Part shown: in pieces, positions 25,312 to 36,518 of the stretch
Numbering within the stretch: position 1 is the stretch's first letter
How the letters are laid out: each line of letters begins with the position of its first letter
IMG/VR virus record: IMGVR_UViG_2061766007_000892
Length of the DNA stretch: 63,982 bases
DNA from: an uncultured virus (IMG/VR IMGVR_UViG_2061766007_000892)
Lineage: Duplodnaviria > Heunggongvirae > Uroviricota > Caudoviricetes
Strand: one strand, 5' to 3'
The notes under the pieces: model-generated
What the model was told of the DNA's origin: nothing
The model's database searches: none
Seen by the model: only the letters and a program-made list of their open reading frames with translations
Position numbers and translations under genes: made by a program

Positions 25312-25590
25312 TTAATTGGTTAATATTACATAAGCGTGGTAATATCCATCATTTTGCTGCTGATATGGATTAGGAATAGGAGCAAACTTTTTTAAAACAC
25401 TATTGGATGAATTAAGCCAAACGCAATATTCTTTTTGATATTTATTTAACAAATAATTTGTAATGGTTTTACTTTCATTAGACATAAAATCTTTATACCA
25501 AATTTCAAAAACTGGTTCTTTTCTCTTGCCCTTGAAATATAAAAAGGTATATTGAGTATAATTTATAGGAAATTGAATAATTTCACACAT
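25312..25590 (-). CDS. Hypothetical protein, paralog of 25645-25917
   Basis: MCEIIQFPINY...FLYF...PVFEIW...PIPNPY...YHAYVI. Confidence 0.65.
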   Translation of the reverse strand: MCEIIQFPINYTQYTFLYFKGKRKEPVFEIWYKDFMSNESKTITNYLLNKYQKEYCVWLNSSNSVLKKFAPIPNPYQQQNDGYYHAYVILTN

Positions 25591-25644
25591 AAGATTGCTT
25601 TCTTTCTTAACATATTTTAAAAACCAAGTATTTATATTATTTAT

Positions 25645-25917
25645 TTAAGCTAATGTAATAATAATATAAGCATGAAATTTATTATCTTTTTGTCTAATAT
25701 AAGGACATGGCACAGGTTGAAACTGTTTTTTTACTGTAGAAATTAATCCATAATTAATTTTAGCCTGTTTAATTTTATTTAAAATTAAACAAATGTTAAA
25801 TAGTTCTTCTTTAGTATTACCCCAAACTTCAAAAATAGGCCGTTTTTTATCATTGGCTATAAAATAAAGAAAACGATAATTAACATTTTCAATGGGTAAT
25901 TGAATAATTTCGCACAT
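25645..25917 (-). CDS. Hypothetical protein, paralog of 25312-25590
   Basis: MCEIIQLPIEN...FLYF...PIFEVW...PVPCPY...FHAYII; AAAGGA RBS. Confidence 0.65.
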   Translation of the reverse strand: MCEIIQLPIENVNYRFLYFIANDKKRPIFEVWGNTKEELFNICLILNKIKQAKINYGLISTVKKQFQPVPCPYIRQKDNKFHAYIIITLA

Positions 25918-25942
25918 AAAATAAATTCCTTTCTTTTTCTTT

Positions 25943-25971
25943 ATTATATCATAAATTAAAATATTTGTCAA
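25943..25971 (-). promoter_or_regulatory. sigmaA-type promoter
   Basis: TTGACA-17 bp-TATAAT with TG extension. Confidence 0.85.
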
Positions 25972-26000
25972 AAAGAAAAGAGCGGGCTTAGCCCGCTCTT
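25970..26000 (-). terminator. Intrinsic terminator
   Basis: AAGAGCGGGC-TAA-GCCCGCTCTT hairpin followed by a T-rich run on the minus strand. Confidence 0.8.
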
Positions 26001-26154
26001 ACTTTTTAATATCCATTCCTAACTTAATAGAGTTAATAAACCAATAAATCATTATAAATAATGCCGCACTTTTATTATTAACTAATAACGTGAAATTAGT
26101 CGCGGCCACAAGAAATAAAAGAATGGATAAAATTAAACTAATTTTCTTTTTCAT
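25999..26154 (-). CDS. Small membrane protein (51 aa)
   Basis: MKKKISLILSILLFLVAATNFTLLVNNKSAALFIMIYWFINSIKLGMDIKK*; overlaps the nrdG end. Confidence 0.5.
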   Translation of the reverse strand: MKKKISLILSILLFLVAATNFTLLVNNKSAALFIMIYWFINSIKLGMDIKK

Positions 26155-26626
26155 GCAAATAAATCACCCTTTGATTTGAAGAACCACGTAATGGTAATGT
26201 AATATCTCGTTTATCTTGTTCATAACGACCATCAATAATACAATCAGTATGTTTAAAAATCATATTAATAATTTCGTCTCCTTCTTCAAATAGTTCTTCA
26301 ATAGTATATCCAGTCCAAATATATATTTTCATTTGTGGATAAATTTTGCGGCAAATGCTAATTAAATCATATACCGCCTTGCGATTTTCAGGACAAAGTG
26401 GTTCGCCGCCAAGAATGGAAAGTCTACGTTCAACTCCATTTTTTCTTAGTTTCGTAAGTATTTCACGAATGGTTTCTGGAGTAAACTCTTCTCCAAAATT
26501 AAAGTCTTGTGCTTCTGGATTCTGACAACCGGGGCAATGGAAGTGACATCCAGAAAAATAGACCGACAGGGAGATACCAGGCGCTGCCGCGGTATCGTCC
26601 CAATAGATTCCAGCAATTTTACTCAT
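26138..26626 (-). CDS. nrdG: Anaerobic ribonucleotide reductase activase (radical SAM)
   Basis: GCHFHCPGCQNP, LSILGGEPL, IWTGY, DGRY, RGSSNQR. Ends in TAG, or at TAA 26096-26098 if read through. Confidence 0.93.
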   Translation of the reverse strand: MSKIAGIYWDDTAAAPGISLSVYFSGCHFHCPGCQNPEAQDFNFGEEFTPETIREILTKLRKNGVERRLSILGGEPLCPENRKAVYDLISICRKIYPQMKIYIWTGYTIEELFEEGDEIINMIFKHTDCIIDGRYEQDKRDITLPLRGSSNQRVIYLHEKEN

Positions 26627-26628
26627 AG

Positions 26629-27224
26629 TTAATGAACGTGCTTTACACGTGCTTCTGTTTCTTTTTGTTTGCCCCAATTAAACGCGGTTTTATAATCGCC
26701 GGTAAGATAACCCGTTACGCGACGTAAATGCTGAATATTATGACTGCCGCACTGTGGGCAGGTATCATTAATTTCATCAGCGTAACCACAATCCATACAT
26801 GTATCAAGAGGTACATTTACAGCAAAATATGGAATGTCGTGGTCCATCGCATAATTAACAATAGTTTCAAGTGCTTCAAGATTGTTTTTTACACCAGAAG
26901 GTAATTCTACATAAGTAATACATCCGGCACTGGAATACCCTGTAAGTTCGCTCTCAATATCAATTTTATCAAACACAGAAATATCATGCCATACAGGAAC
27001 ATGGATACTGTTGGTAAAATATTCGTGGTCACTTACTTTTTCAATTTCGCCATACTTCTTTTGGAACTTCTTCATAGCGGTGTAGCATAGATTCTCTGCG
27101 GGAGTATAATACACGCCGAAGTTTAACTTATACTCTTTCTTAAATTCAGCACATCTATCTTTAAATAACTGTTCAATTTGCTTTGCTAATTTCATTCCTT
27201 TTTCGGTAGTATGGTCGCAGCCAA
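26629..27224 (-). CDS. nrdD: NrdD C-terminal fragment (allele 1)
   Basis: YYTPAENLC, YFTNS, CMDCG...CPQCG, and the glycyl-radical motif RRVTGYL. Confidence 0.9.
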
Positions 27225-27235
27225 NNNNNNNNNNT

Positions 27236-27379
27236 TACCTCACTAAAAGCATCAGATGGAGTATAAATAGCACGATAATCTATACAATCTTCTGCATAAT
27301 CAACATCTTTTTCATCATACATAAAATTCCATGGGCATTCGTGCTTTTCTATTTTCCATCTACATTCATTACAAGTCAT
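27236..27379 (-). CDS. Small Cys-containing hypothetical protein
   Basis: MTCNECRWKIEKHECPWNF...DCIDY, immediately after the stop of the second nrdD allele. Confidence 0.45.
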
Positions 27380-27380
27380 T

Positions 27381-29034
27381 TTAATGAATATGCTTAACGC
27401 GGTCTTCAGTTTCTTTTTGCTTGCCCCAATTAAATGCATCTTTATAAGAACCGGTTAAGTATCCAGTGACACGACGTAAATGAGAGATATTATGTCCTCC
27501 ACATTGTGGGCAGGTATCATTCATTTCATCTTGATAGCCGCAATCGTTACAATTATCTAGTGGTACATTTAATGCAAAGTAAGGAATATCTTTATCCATA
27601 GCATAATTGACAATAGTTTCAAGGGCGTCAATATTATTTTTTACGCCAGACGGAACCTCAACATATGTAATACAGCCAGCACTTGAATATCCGGTTAATT
27701 GTGCTTCTATATCAATCTTATCAAAAATTGAAATTTCATGCCATACTGGAACATGAATACTATTTGTAAAATATTCACGATCAGATACATTAGGAATTTC
27801 GCCGTATTTTGCTTTAAATTTTTTCATTGCAGTATAGCATAAGTTTTCCGCGGGAGTATAATATACTCCGAAATTTAATTTATATTCTTTTTTAAATTCT
27901 GCACATCTATCTTTAAATAGCTGTTCAATACGCTTTGCTAATTCCATTCCTTTTTCAGTGGTATGATCACAGCCAATTAAAATTTGTAGAGTTTCAGCTA
28001 AACCTAATTGTCCAATAACAATTGTGCCATGTTTTAAAGCTGAACGAATACCTTCTTCTGGATGATAGCCAAGCATTGTCCCATTTTCATACATAAATTT
28101 TGCTGATGAAGGAGATTGAGAACAAATCCAATCAAAACGTTCAAGTAACATATCTTTGGCTTCATGAATTTTTTGATCTAAGCTGCGTAAAAAGTAATTA
28201 ATTAAATCTTCTTCAATGTCCCATCCTTGTGGATTATTAGAATTTAATTTTGCTTCCATAGCAATAGTTGGCATAATAATTGTAACAGGGCAAATATTGC
28301 CGCGGCCATCCTTTGTTTGAGGATTAGTACCTTCTTCAGCATTAATATCAGCACCGTTCGCAGTCCTACATCCCATTGTGGAGAAGTAAGTTTTAGGGTC
28401 ATTTACATCATAACCAGCATTACCAGACCAATCAACATTAGCGTAATTTGGATAAATACGTTTTGCAGTTGATTCTAATGCTAACCTAAATAAATCATAA
28501 TTTGGATCGCCAGGCTCACGATTCACGCCCTTCATACATTGAAAAATACCACAAGGGAAAATAGGAGTTTTATGAAATTTTCCTACTCCTTTAATTGAAC
28601 CTTCAAGTAATGCTTTTGTTACCATGCGACCTTCGGGCAATGTACAAGTTCCATAGTTAATAGATGTGAAAGGTAGCTGATTTCCGCTTCTAGATTGAAG
28701 TGTATTGAGATTATGATACATACCCTCAACTGCCTATTGTAATTCACGTTCGGTCATATCCATAGCGTATTTATATGCTTTTGTACATAATTTTGCGGTT
28801 TTGACTAATGATACTGTTTCAGAATTAACAGTTGGATTAATATAATCATCAATAGGTTGACGTGCAGTATCAATTCCATATAAAAAATGATCGCTGCCAC
28901 TATTATCAATGTATTCTAATCCATCTTTAAAATGTTTCCAGAAACTTTTTCTAACATAGGGCACCATAGTCCAATCTAAATGCGTAGCTGAAACACCACC
29001 AAATTGCATCAAAGATTGTAGCTGGAAAATAACT
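27381..29034 (-). CDS. nrdD: NrdD middle + C-terminal part (allele 2) with in-frame TAG at 28734-28736
   Basis: Continuous frame VIFQLQSLMQFGG...ERELQ(TAG)AVEGMYHNLNTLQSRSGNQLPFTS...MGCRT...RRVTGYL...KHIH*. Confidence 0.92.
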
Positions 29035-29044
29035 NNNNNNNNNN

Positions 29045-30671
29045 AGTGCTAATGTTCCATGCTTTAAAGCAGAACGAATACCTTCTTCTGGATGATAACC
29101 CAACATAGTCCCGTTTTCATACATAAACTTTGCTGATGCGGGGCTTTGGCCGCAAATCCACTCAAAGCGTTCTAGTAACATATCTTTGGCTTCGTGGATT
29201 TTTCTATCTAAAATTTTTAAGAAAATTTCTTCAATCGGGTCTTGACAACCATTCTCTACATCTTGTTTTGCTAACATAGCAAGTGTAGGCATAATAATTG
29301 TAACTGGACAAATATTACCACGACCATCCTTGGTTTGAGGATTAGTACCGGGCTCAGTATTTATATCTCCTAAATTTGCAGTTCTACAGCCCATTGTGGA
29401 AAAATAGGTGCGAGGATCATTTATATCATATCCTGCTGCATTACTCCAATCAACATTTGCATAATTGGGATAAATTCTTTTTGCAGTAGATTCTAGCGCC
29501 AATTTAAATAAATCATAATTAGGATCTCCTGGCTTACGATTTACACCTTTCATACATTGGAAAATACCGCAAGGGAAGATAGGAGTTTTATGTAACTTTC
29601 CTACGCCCTTAATAGAACCTTCAAGTAATGCTTTAATAACCATACGACCTTCTGGTAATATGCAGGTTCCATAGTTAATAGAAGTGAATGGAAGCTGGTT
29701 GCCACTACGGGATTGCAAAGTATTTAAATTATGATACATTCCTTCTACTGCTTGCTGGAGTTCGCGCTCTGTCATTTCCATCGCATATTTATAAGCTTTT
29801 GTTACTTTTGCAGTTTGCACTAAAGGAAGCACATTTTCGTCAACTGTTAAATTATGATAAGGTTCAATAGGCATTCTAGAAATATCTACATTTAAGAAAT
29901 AATGATTTTCATTACCTTCTTCAAACCATTTTAGTCCTTCTTTAAAATGTTTCCNNNNNNNNNNNNNNNNNNNNNNNGCACCATAGTCCAATCTAAATGA
30001 GTTGCGGAAACACCGCCAAACTGCATCAATGATTGAAGCTGAAAAATAACAGCAACAAGCTGGAAAGCAGTATTAATGGAATTAGCTGGCCGCACATCAG
30101 TTTGTCTAGTATTAAAACCCTCTGCTAATAACTTATCAAAAGGAATAGATAAGCAATTGTGCATACCAACCGCATAAGCACTTAAATCATGAATATAAAT
30201 TTCATTATTTAAATGATTATTTCGTGCCATATCAGACATACAGAAATCAAGTGCATATTGCTTCATCATTTCATCTGATGCTTCGCCCACGCGGCCACCA
30301 AATGAATGTTCATCTACATTAGCATTTTGATTTTGAACATTTTTTGCTTGTAATTTTTCGCTAATTGAACGAATAAATTCATCAGAACAAGCTCTCATAA
30401 CTCCTCGTTTATAGCGATATTTTATATAAGCTTTGGCAACTAATCTATCATAATCAGTTAAATAATCTTCAACTAATTCTTGAATTTGTTCTACAGTTAA
30501 TGGCTCATCAAACTATGAAGCGACTTCATATACTAAATCTGCGATTTCATAAGCATATTCTGGAGTCTCATTTGTAAAATTAACGTCATTATTTGCTTTA
30601 GTGATAGCATTTATTATACGTTGTTTATCAAATTCTACTATGTCTCCATTTCTTTTAATTATATTTATCAT
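29045..30671 (-). CDS. nrdD: NrdD ATP-cone/N-terminal and middle part with in-frame TAG at 30513-30515
   Basis: GGAGG RBS, then MINIIKRNGDIVEFDKQRIINAI...VAS(TAG)FDEPLTVEQIQELVEDYL...AKAYIKYR...YIHDL...ERELQQAVEG...MGCRT...KHGTLA. Confidence 0.9.
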
Positions 30672-30782
30672 AAAAAGCCTCCTATACTAATCCGCCAGTT
30701 TTATAATGAAAACCGCAATACGGACAAGTATTATTTTTTATTAAAGAATAATCTGTACAATGCGGACACTAGCTTTGATTGA
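30655..30782 (-). CDS. Allelic fragment of the small Zn-finger protein, with two in-frame TAGs
   Basis: NQS(TAG)CPHCTDYSLIKNNTCPYCGFHYKTGGLV(TAG)EAFYDKYN* versus the allele NQKHCPH...TCPYCGFHFSTGGIWRENEND*. Confidence 0.7.
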
Positions 30783-30792
30783 NNNNNNNNNN

Positions 30793-31260
30793 CTTCGCCA
30801 TTTCCGACATACAGAAGTCAAGAGCATACTGCTTCATCATTTCATCTGATGCTTCACCTACGCGGCCACCAAAAGAATGCTCGTCAACATTAGCATTTTG
30901 ATTTTGAACATTAGAAGCGGTTAGTTTCTCACTAATAGAACGGATGAATTCATCAGAGCAAGAACGCATTACGCCTCTCTTATAGCGATAACGAATATAT
31001 GCTTTTTCTACGAGGCGGTCAAAAGCCGCTAAATCATCTTCAACTAATTCTTGAATATTTTCAACAGTAAGATATTTTCCACTATCTGTAAAAGTTTGAT
31101 TAGCTACACGTTCAATACTATCTGCAATAATAGTAAAATATTCCGGCTCATCGCGTGTAGAGTCATTATAAACTTGAATCCAAGCTTTTCTAATGGCATT
31201 TATAATTTTAGATTTATCAAAATCAACTTCTGAGCCATTTCTCTTAATGACCTTAATCAT
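30793..31260 (-). CDS. nrdD: NrdD ATP-cone N-terminal fragment (other allele)
   Basis: MIKVIKRNGSEVDFDKSKIINAI...TVENIQELVE...KAYIRYR...NQNANVDEHSFGGR. Confidence 0.9.
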
Positions 31261-31473
31261 TTTCGTTTTCCCTCCAAATGCCGCCAGTGCTAAAATGAAA
31301 ACCACAATAAGGGCAAGTATCATTTGTAATTTCCCAATTATACTTTGTGCTCGTATGCGGGCAATGCTTTTGATTATCAATAATGGCGAGCTTTATTTTT
31401 TGTANNNNNNNNNNNNNNTTCTTAATTCTTTATTAAGCTGTTCACGAGTTTGAATAATATCATCAATCCTCAT
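31253..31473 (-). CDS. Small Zn-finger protein (CPH...CPYCG)
   Basis: MRIDDIIQTREQLNKEL...IIDNQKHCPH...TCPYCGFHF; overlaps both neighbours. Confidence 0.6.
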
Positions 31474-32517
31474 ATTCTCCACCTTCCTCCTTTCGCAACC
31501 ATCTCGTGAGACTGTGTAAATAAGTCTTTTGCTGATGGATAAAATTTTAATAATAATTCTCGTTCATCCATTGCTGGATTTTTCTTTTTAGTATTTATTC
31601 TATCATTTAGAATTATTGAATAGTTATCTTTTCTGGTTACATCCGCCCACCGTTCAATGCGAATAGATAAATTCGCCAATGGATTTTTATACCCTATAAA
31701 TGGTGGTTCATATAAAATTTTTATTGGTATATCAACGCTCCAAAGACAGTATAATAAATTCATTTTATNNNNNNNNNNNNNNNNNNNNNNNNNNNNNNNN
31801 NNNNNNACATTAGAATAAGGAGTAATATCGGCTTTTAAATAATTTTTATATTTATTAGTCATATAATATACTTCATCTAATGGTATATCTAAATCAAATA
31901 TAATTGTATTTGAACGAGTCATTTTAGGATAATTTCTTATTTCAAAAAACTCGGATAACTTTTTACAAATAATNNNNNNNNNNATGGTTTTCTATTACTA
32001 ATATCCTCTAATATGTCGCGCCAATTTGGATAGAAAAATTCGCGGTCATACATTATTAATCGTTTGTTTGACATGATAGGCGGAACTGGTAACTTCTCTT
32101 CGCNNNNNNNNNNNNNNNNNNNNNNNTATTATCTAATACATTAGAGATAACTTTTGCTTTTATACCGTCATCATATTTTCCTTTTAAATATTCTTTATAG
32201 ATTGCTGGCCGCGGAATAGTAAAGTCTATAATTGAGTTTTCAAATGGAATATATTTTCCATTTGTAAAAGCTGTGCCTCCATATTCTACGACAGGCGAGC
32301 GTAAGAACTGCTCTGGTATTTTTGGAACCGCATGTCCTTCACTGAAAAAGTAAATCTTTTCATATCCAGACAAATCTTCTTCATCCAAAGACAACAATCT
32401 ACAAAACCGATTTTCTTCGGTTTTGTAGTAAGTTGCCAGTTTCATTATCTCAAGATTAGGTATGATGAACTTGGAGGAAGAAAAATTTGATATATCATAA
32501 TCAACTAGTCCTATCAT
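31470..32517 (-). CDS. Hypothetical protein resembling the N-terminus of phage radical-SAM-associated proteins (one gapped gene)
   Basis: MIGLVDYD...PNLEIMKLATYYK...YEKIYFFS...YGGTAF. The frame continues across gaps (EEKLPVPPIMSNKRLIMYDREFFYPNWRDILEDI...) into ORF 31470-31922. Confidence 0.45.
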
Positions 32518-35500
32518 TCTTCTACCTCCGCGCGCTCATATTGGAAAGTTAAGTTTCCATATTCATCTACATTTGTTATCTTTGAAATAATCGGATAGAT
32601 TGATTGTTTCTTTTTCTTGGGGATGAAATCATTTCCGCGGCGAATACCTTGAACCATTAATTTTGTTCCGCGCGCAAACCAACTCTTTTCAATGACATGC
32701 TTTTTACCGTCATCTCCACGCTGACTTAATTGCTTATCATAAATCGCATACTGATTTTTATAAATTTTTACATTCACAACGCCAGTCGGGGTTAAGAGCG
32801 TAACTGTATTACGATTCTTATCTTTATCAATTACAGTTCCAATGATTTTGAATAACTTATATACCTTTATTTCTTGACCATTACTTCCAGGAAAACTATA
32901 CTCAATTTCAGGTTCTTCTGATAATTTGAAGAAATCATCAAAATCATTCTTGGCTTTTGCTAATTCATGCTCATGATAGTAGAATGAGATACTATCCATT
33001 TCCCACTTACTAATATTACCATCAGCATACTTATCAGCAATTTCATCGTATAAAGCCTTATTTAACTTTGCCAATGCTTCTTCTTTATTATCTTTTAAAT
33101 ACTGACGCATTGGCTCCATGGCTTTCTTATAAACATTATCCCAAGTTTTTTGTAAAACTCTTGTGCCGTCTTCAACTATATCTATATCAANNNNNNNNNN
33201 NNNNNNNNNNNNNNNNNNNCATAATAAATTCCATCTTTACAAGTCTTTAAAAACTTATTAAATGAGAATAACTTTGCATAGAATTGCATATCAGTTGGTA
33301 TCTGATTTTTCGCAATTAACATTGACATATTTTGAAGAGTCAATCTTTGCTTCTTATCTGCAATCATGTCAATATATTTTGCCATGATTTCTTCACGCGG
33401 AATATTCTCAATATTATCAAATGCGCCAGACTTAATTAAATTTATCATTTGAAGTTTATTCACCTTAATTTTCATTAAGAAATCCTTCAATGACTCATAT
33501 GGTCGCATAGCCATAATTTCATTAATCTTGTCTGTGGAGACGCGAGTGATGCCGCGTAACCCATAAAGAATAACATTATCTTTTGCGACAGGTGTAAATG
33601 TAAAAGAAGATTGGTTGATGTCAGGTGGAGATACTTTAATTCCATAATCGCCCATTTTACCAATAATTGAGGCGATGCGTCCATAGTCAACAACTTTGTT
33701 CTTTTTCTTTTTCTTATCTGCCGTTGCTTCAGTTGTTTCTTCATTTGCTTCTTCCCATTCTTCTTCGTCAGATTCTTCTTCATATTCTACACTGTTTTCA
33801 GTAAGAATTGCTTGAATCTCATCTTCATCTTCTTCATCAACATCTTCGANNNNNNNNNNNNNNNNNNATTCGCTGTGTTCCAATACACAATTGGATACCT
33901 ATATGCTAAATTCATTTCTTGAAGAGCAATAATGGAATAAGCATAAGTATGACTCGCATTAAAACCATATCCGCGGCTTAATGCAATTTGAATATCCCAG
34001 ACATAATGACAAAATCTTTTACTAAGATTCTTTTCATCTACTCGTTCATAAAATTCTTTGGTTAGTTGCTCATATTCTTTTGGGTTCTTCTTCGCAATAC
34101 TTTTACGAAGTCTATCAGCCCATTGTAAGTCCCAGCCGCCGCATTCGGGTAGCTGAACCAATTTCATAAATTGCTCCTGTGTAATTGACAAACCGTCCGA
34201 AACATCTAATTGCTCATGAAGCAATTCTCGTTCCTTATTTGAAAGACCATACTGAATCATTTCAGTTTCCCAATCATTAGGATGCTTACGAAAACGAGCA
34301 TATTTATCTAGTGGTGCTTCTGCACCTTTTTCTGATGCCATAAGACGAATAACCGAGTTTAAAGTTGCTAAGTCGTCAACATTTTTTGGATGAGTTAATG
34401 AAATTCCACGAATACCACTTGCCTTTTCCATCTGAAAAAGACTTACAATCTTATGTTCATCTACTAACTTCCACATATCTTCATCATCACGAAGAATGTT
34501 ATATACGCCCAATGCCTTTTCATATGTTTCGCGTAAAGTCGGATACTTTTCAATATATCCGTCTTTAATTAACATTTCAAGACATGTTTGGATTTTATCT
34601 GCGGCTTCAACTGATAGAAGGTCCATTTTAATTTCTGAAACATCTTCCAAATCATGAAGCTCAAACTGAGTAATAATTGTTCCATCAGGTGCGCGCATAA
34701 GTGCGCTAGATTCTGTGAAATCTTTATCTTTAAATACTACACCGCCAGCATGAATACCGTATCCACAAATTAGACCTTCAATTTTACTGGCAACTTCCCA
34801 TAGTTTATCATACTTATTTATTTCTTCTACAAATGTTGGATTAGGTTTAATACCGTTTTCTTCATCACCATAATACATTTGATGCAATGTATATGCTTGT
34901 CCACGTTCTTGTGTAACCAAAGAAGAAATATATTGCGCGTTATCTACATCAATTCCTAATCCACGACACGCTGTAAGAATTGCTGATTTAGACTTTTCTA
35001 GTTTGAATGTTGCTACATTTGATACTCTATTCTCACCATAATATTTTCTCAAATGCTCCAATACCTGCGCACGCTTAATACCAGAAATATCTACATCAAT
35101 ATCAAGAACAGACACACGCGCAGGATTAAGGAAACGCCAAGGATACATGGCTGTCTTTTCGCGCAAAGCATTAATTTGAATAATGTCTAACGCATATAGA
35201 AGTAAAAATCCGCCACCAGAACCACGCGCGGGCATAACTAATGTTCCAGCATTCCAACATTCATCAATAATCTTTTGAAGGTTAAGGAAATAGGCTGACC
35301 ATCTTGCCTTATTTACTTCGCTTGATTCCCATGTCATTTCAAGACATTCGTTTAATGCATTATATGCTCGTTCATTCTGTAAATCTCTATGTCTCTCAGT
35401 TCCATCTAATACGGCCCACGATAAAATATTATCAGCATTATATTGAGAATATACAAATTTTTCAAGGGCTGGCATTTGCTTAATGCCCCATAAAATTCTT

Positions 35501-36465
35501 TCATCTCCTGGATCATTATATTCTCGCCATGGAAGATTAGGAATTTCCAATGGCTTTAAGATTGAAAAATCTTCACATTTATTTTTAATTTCTCTAATAT
35601 AATAATATGCCGTCTCAATTTCTTCTTTTTCAAGGTAAGGAAAGAATGAACGAATTTCCTCATCGCTCATCATATAAGTTGTTTCATAAAAACTTCTTAC
35701 CTCGCGCTCACCATCCTGCGCATTAAGAAAAGATTCATGAATGAATGAATCTTCTGGCCGCAGATAATGACTATCGGTTGTAATGATATATGGAAGTTTT
35801 AATTCTCTTGCTATCTTAATGAGATGTTGATTAACAAAAATTTGCTCTTTATTATTAGATGGTTGTAGTTCAAGATAAAAATTACCACGACCAAATATAT
35901 CTTCTATATATAGACACCATTGTTTAGCGGTTTTATAAAACTCTTCATCACCAGTATCCATATATCTTAAAAGAAATTTATCTAATTGTGAACCTAAACA
36001 AGCGGATGAAGCAATTAAATGTCCTTGATTCGGCTTAACAACTTCCTTTAAATCTCTATAATAAGTTGGGCGTCTCCTTAATCTACGACTAATATATGAA
36101 CGACGCCACGCGCGAGTAGATAGTTCACAAATCTGATGATAACCTTCTAAATCACGACAAAGAAGAATAAAGTGGAAATACCTATCTTTATTCTTATCAT
36201 AGTTTGTCGCATTTAAATCATTTCGTGTAAGATAAATCTCATTACCACGAATAAGTTTAAAATCTGGATGCTCTTTTTTAATTTTGTTATAATATTTTTC
36301 AGCCTTAATATAACTTGAAATGGTTTCATGATCTGTAATTGCTACGCAATCATGGCCTAGTTCAATCGCTGTATCAATCAGAGAATTTACTTTGTTAATA
36401 CAATCTCGTAAAGTCTCATTGCTATAATCCGTGTGATTATGAAGACTACCTGGGTATTTACTCAC
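32514..36465 (-). CDS. dnaE: DNA polymerase III alpha subunit (family C, DnaE-like), gapped
   Basis: PHP domain (SLHNHTDYS, AITDHE, TTDSHY), ARGSGGG, RFLNPAR...DIDVD, GIHAGGV, GYGFNASH, PPDINQS, LIKSGAFD and a C-terminal OB fold. Frames change only at N-gaps. Confidence 0.95.
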
Positions 36466-36518
36466 ACAATCACTTCNNNNNNNNNNNNNNNNNNNNNNNN
36501 NNNNNNNNNNNNNNNNNA

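Noticed and set aside
26096..26140. TAG ending nrdG (and likewise 40982-40984) as evidence against recoding
   Set aside because: Ambiguous. Both have an in-frame TAA/TGA 14 and 8 codons later, so either reading gives a plausible protein. Not counted for or against.
30769..31380. NrdD with an N-terminal transmembrane leader (ORF track start 31380)
   Set aside because: The leader is an alternate frame of the upstream Zn-finger gene. The real start is MIKVIKR at 31260 with a GGAGG RBS.
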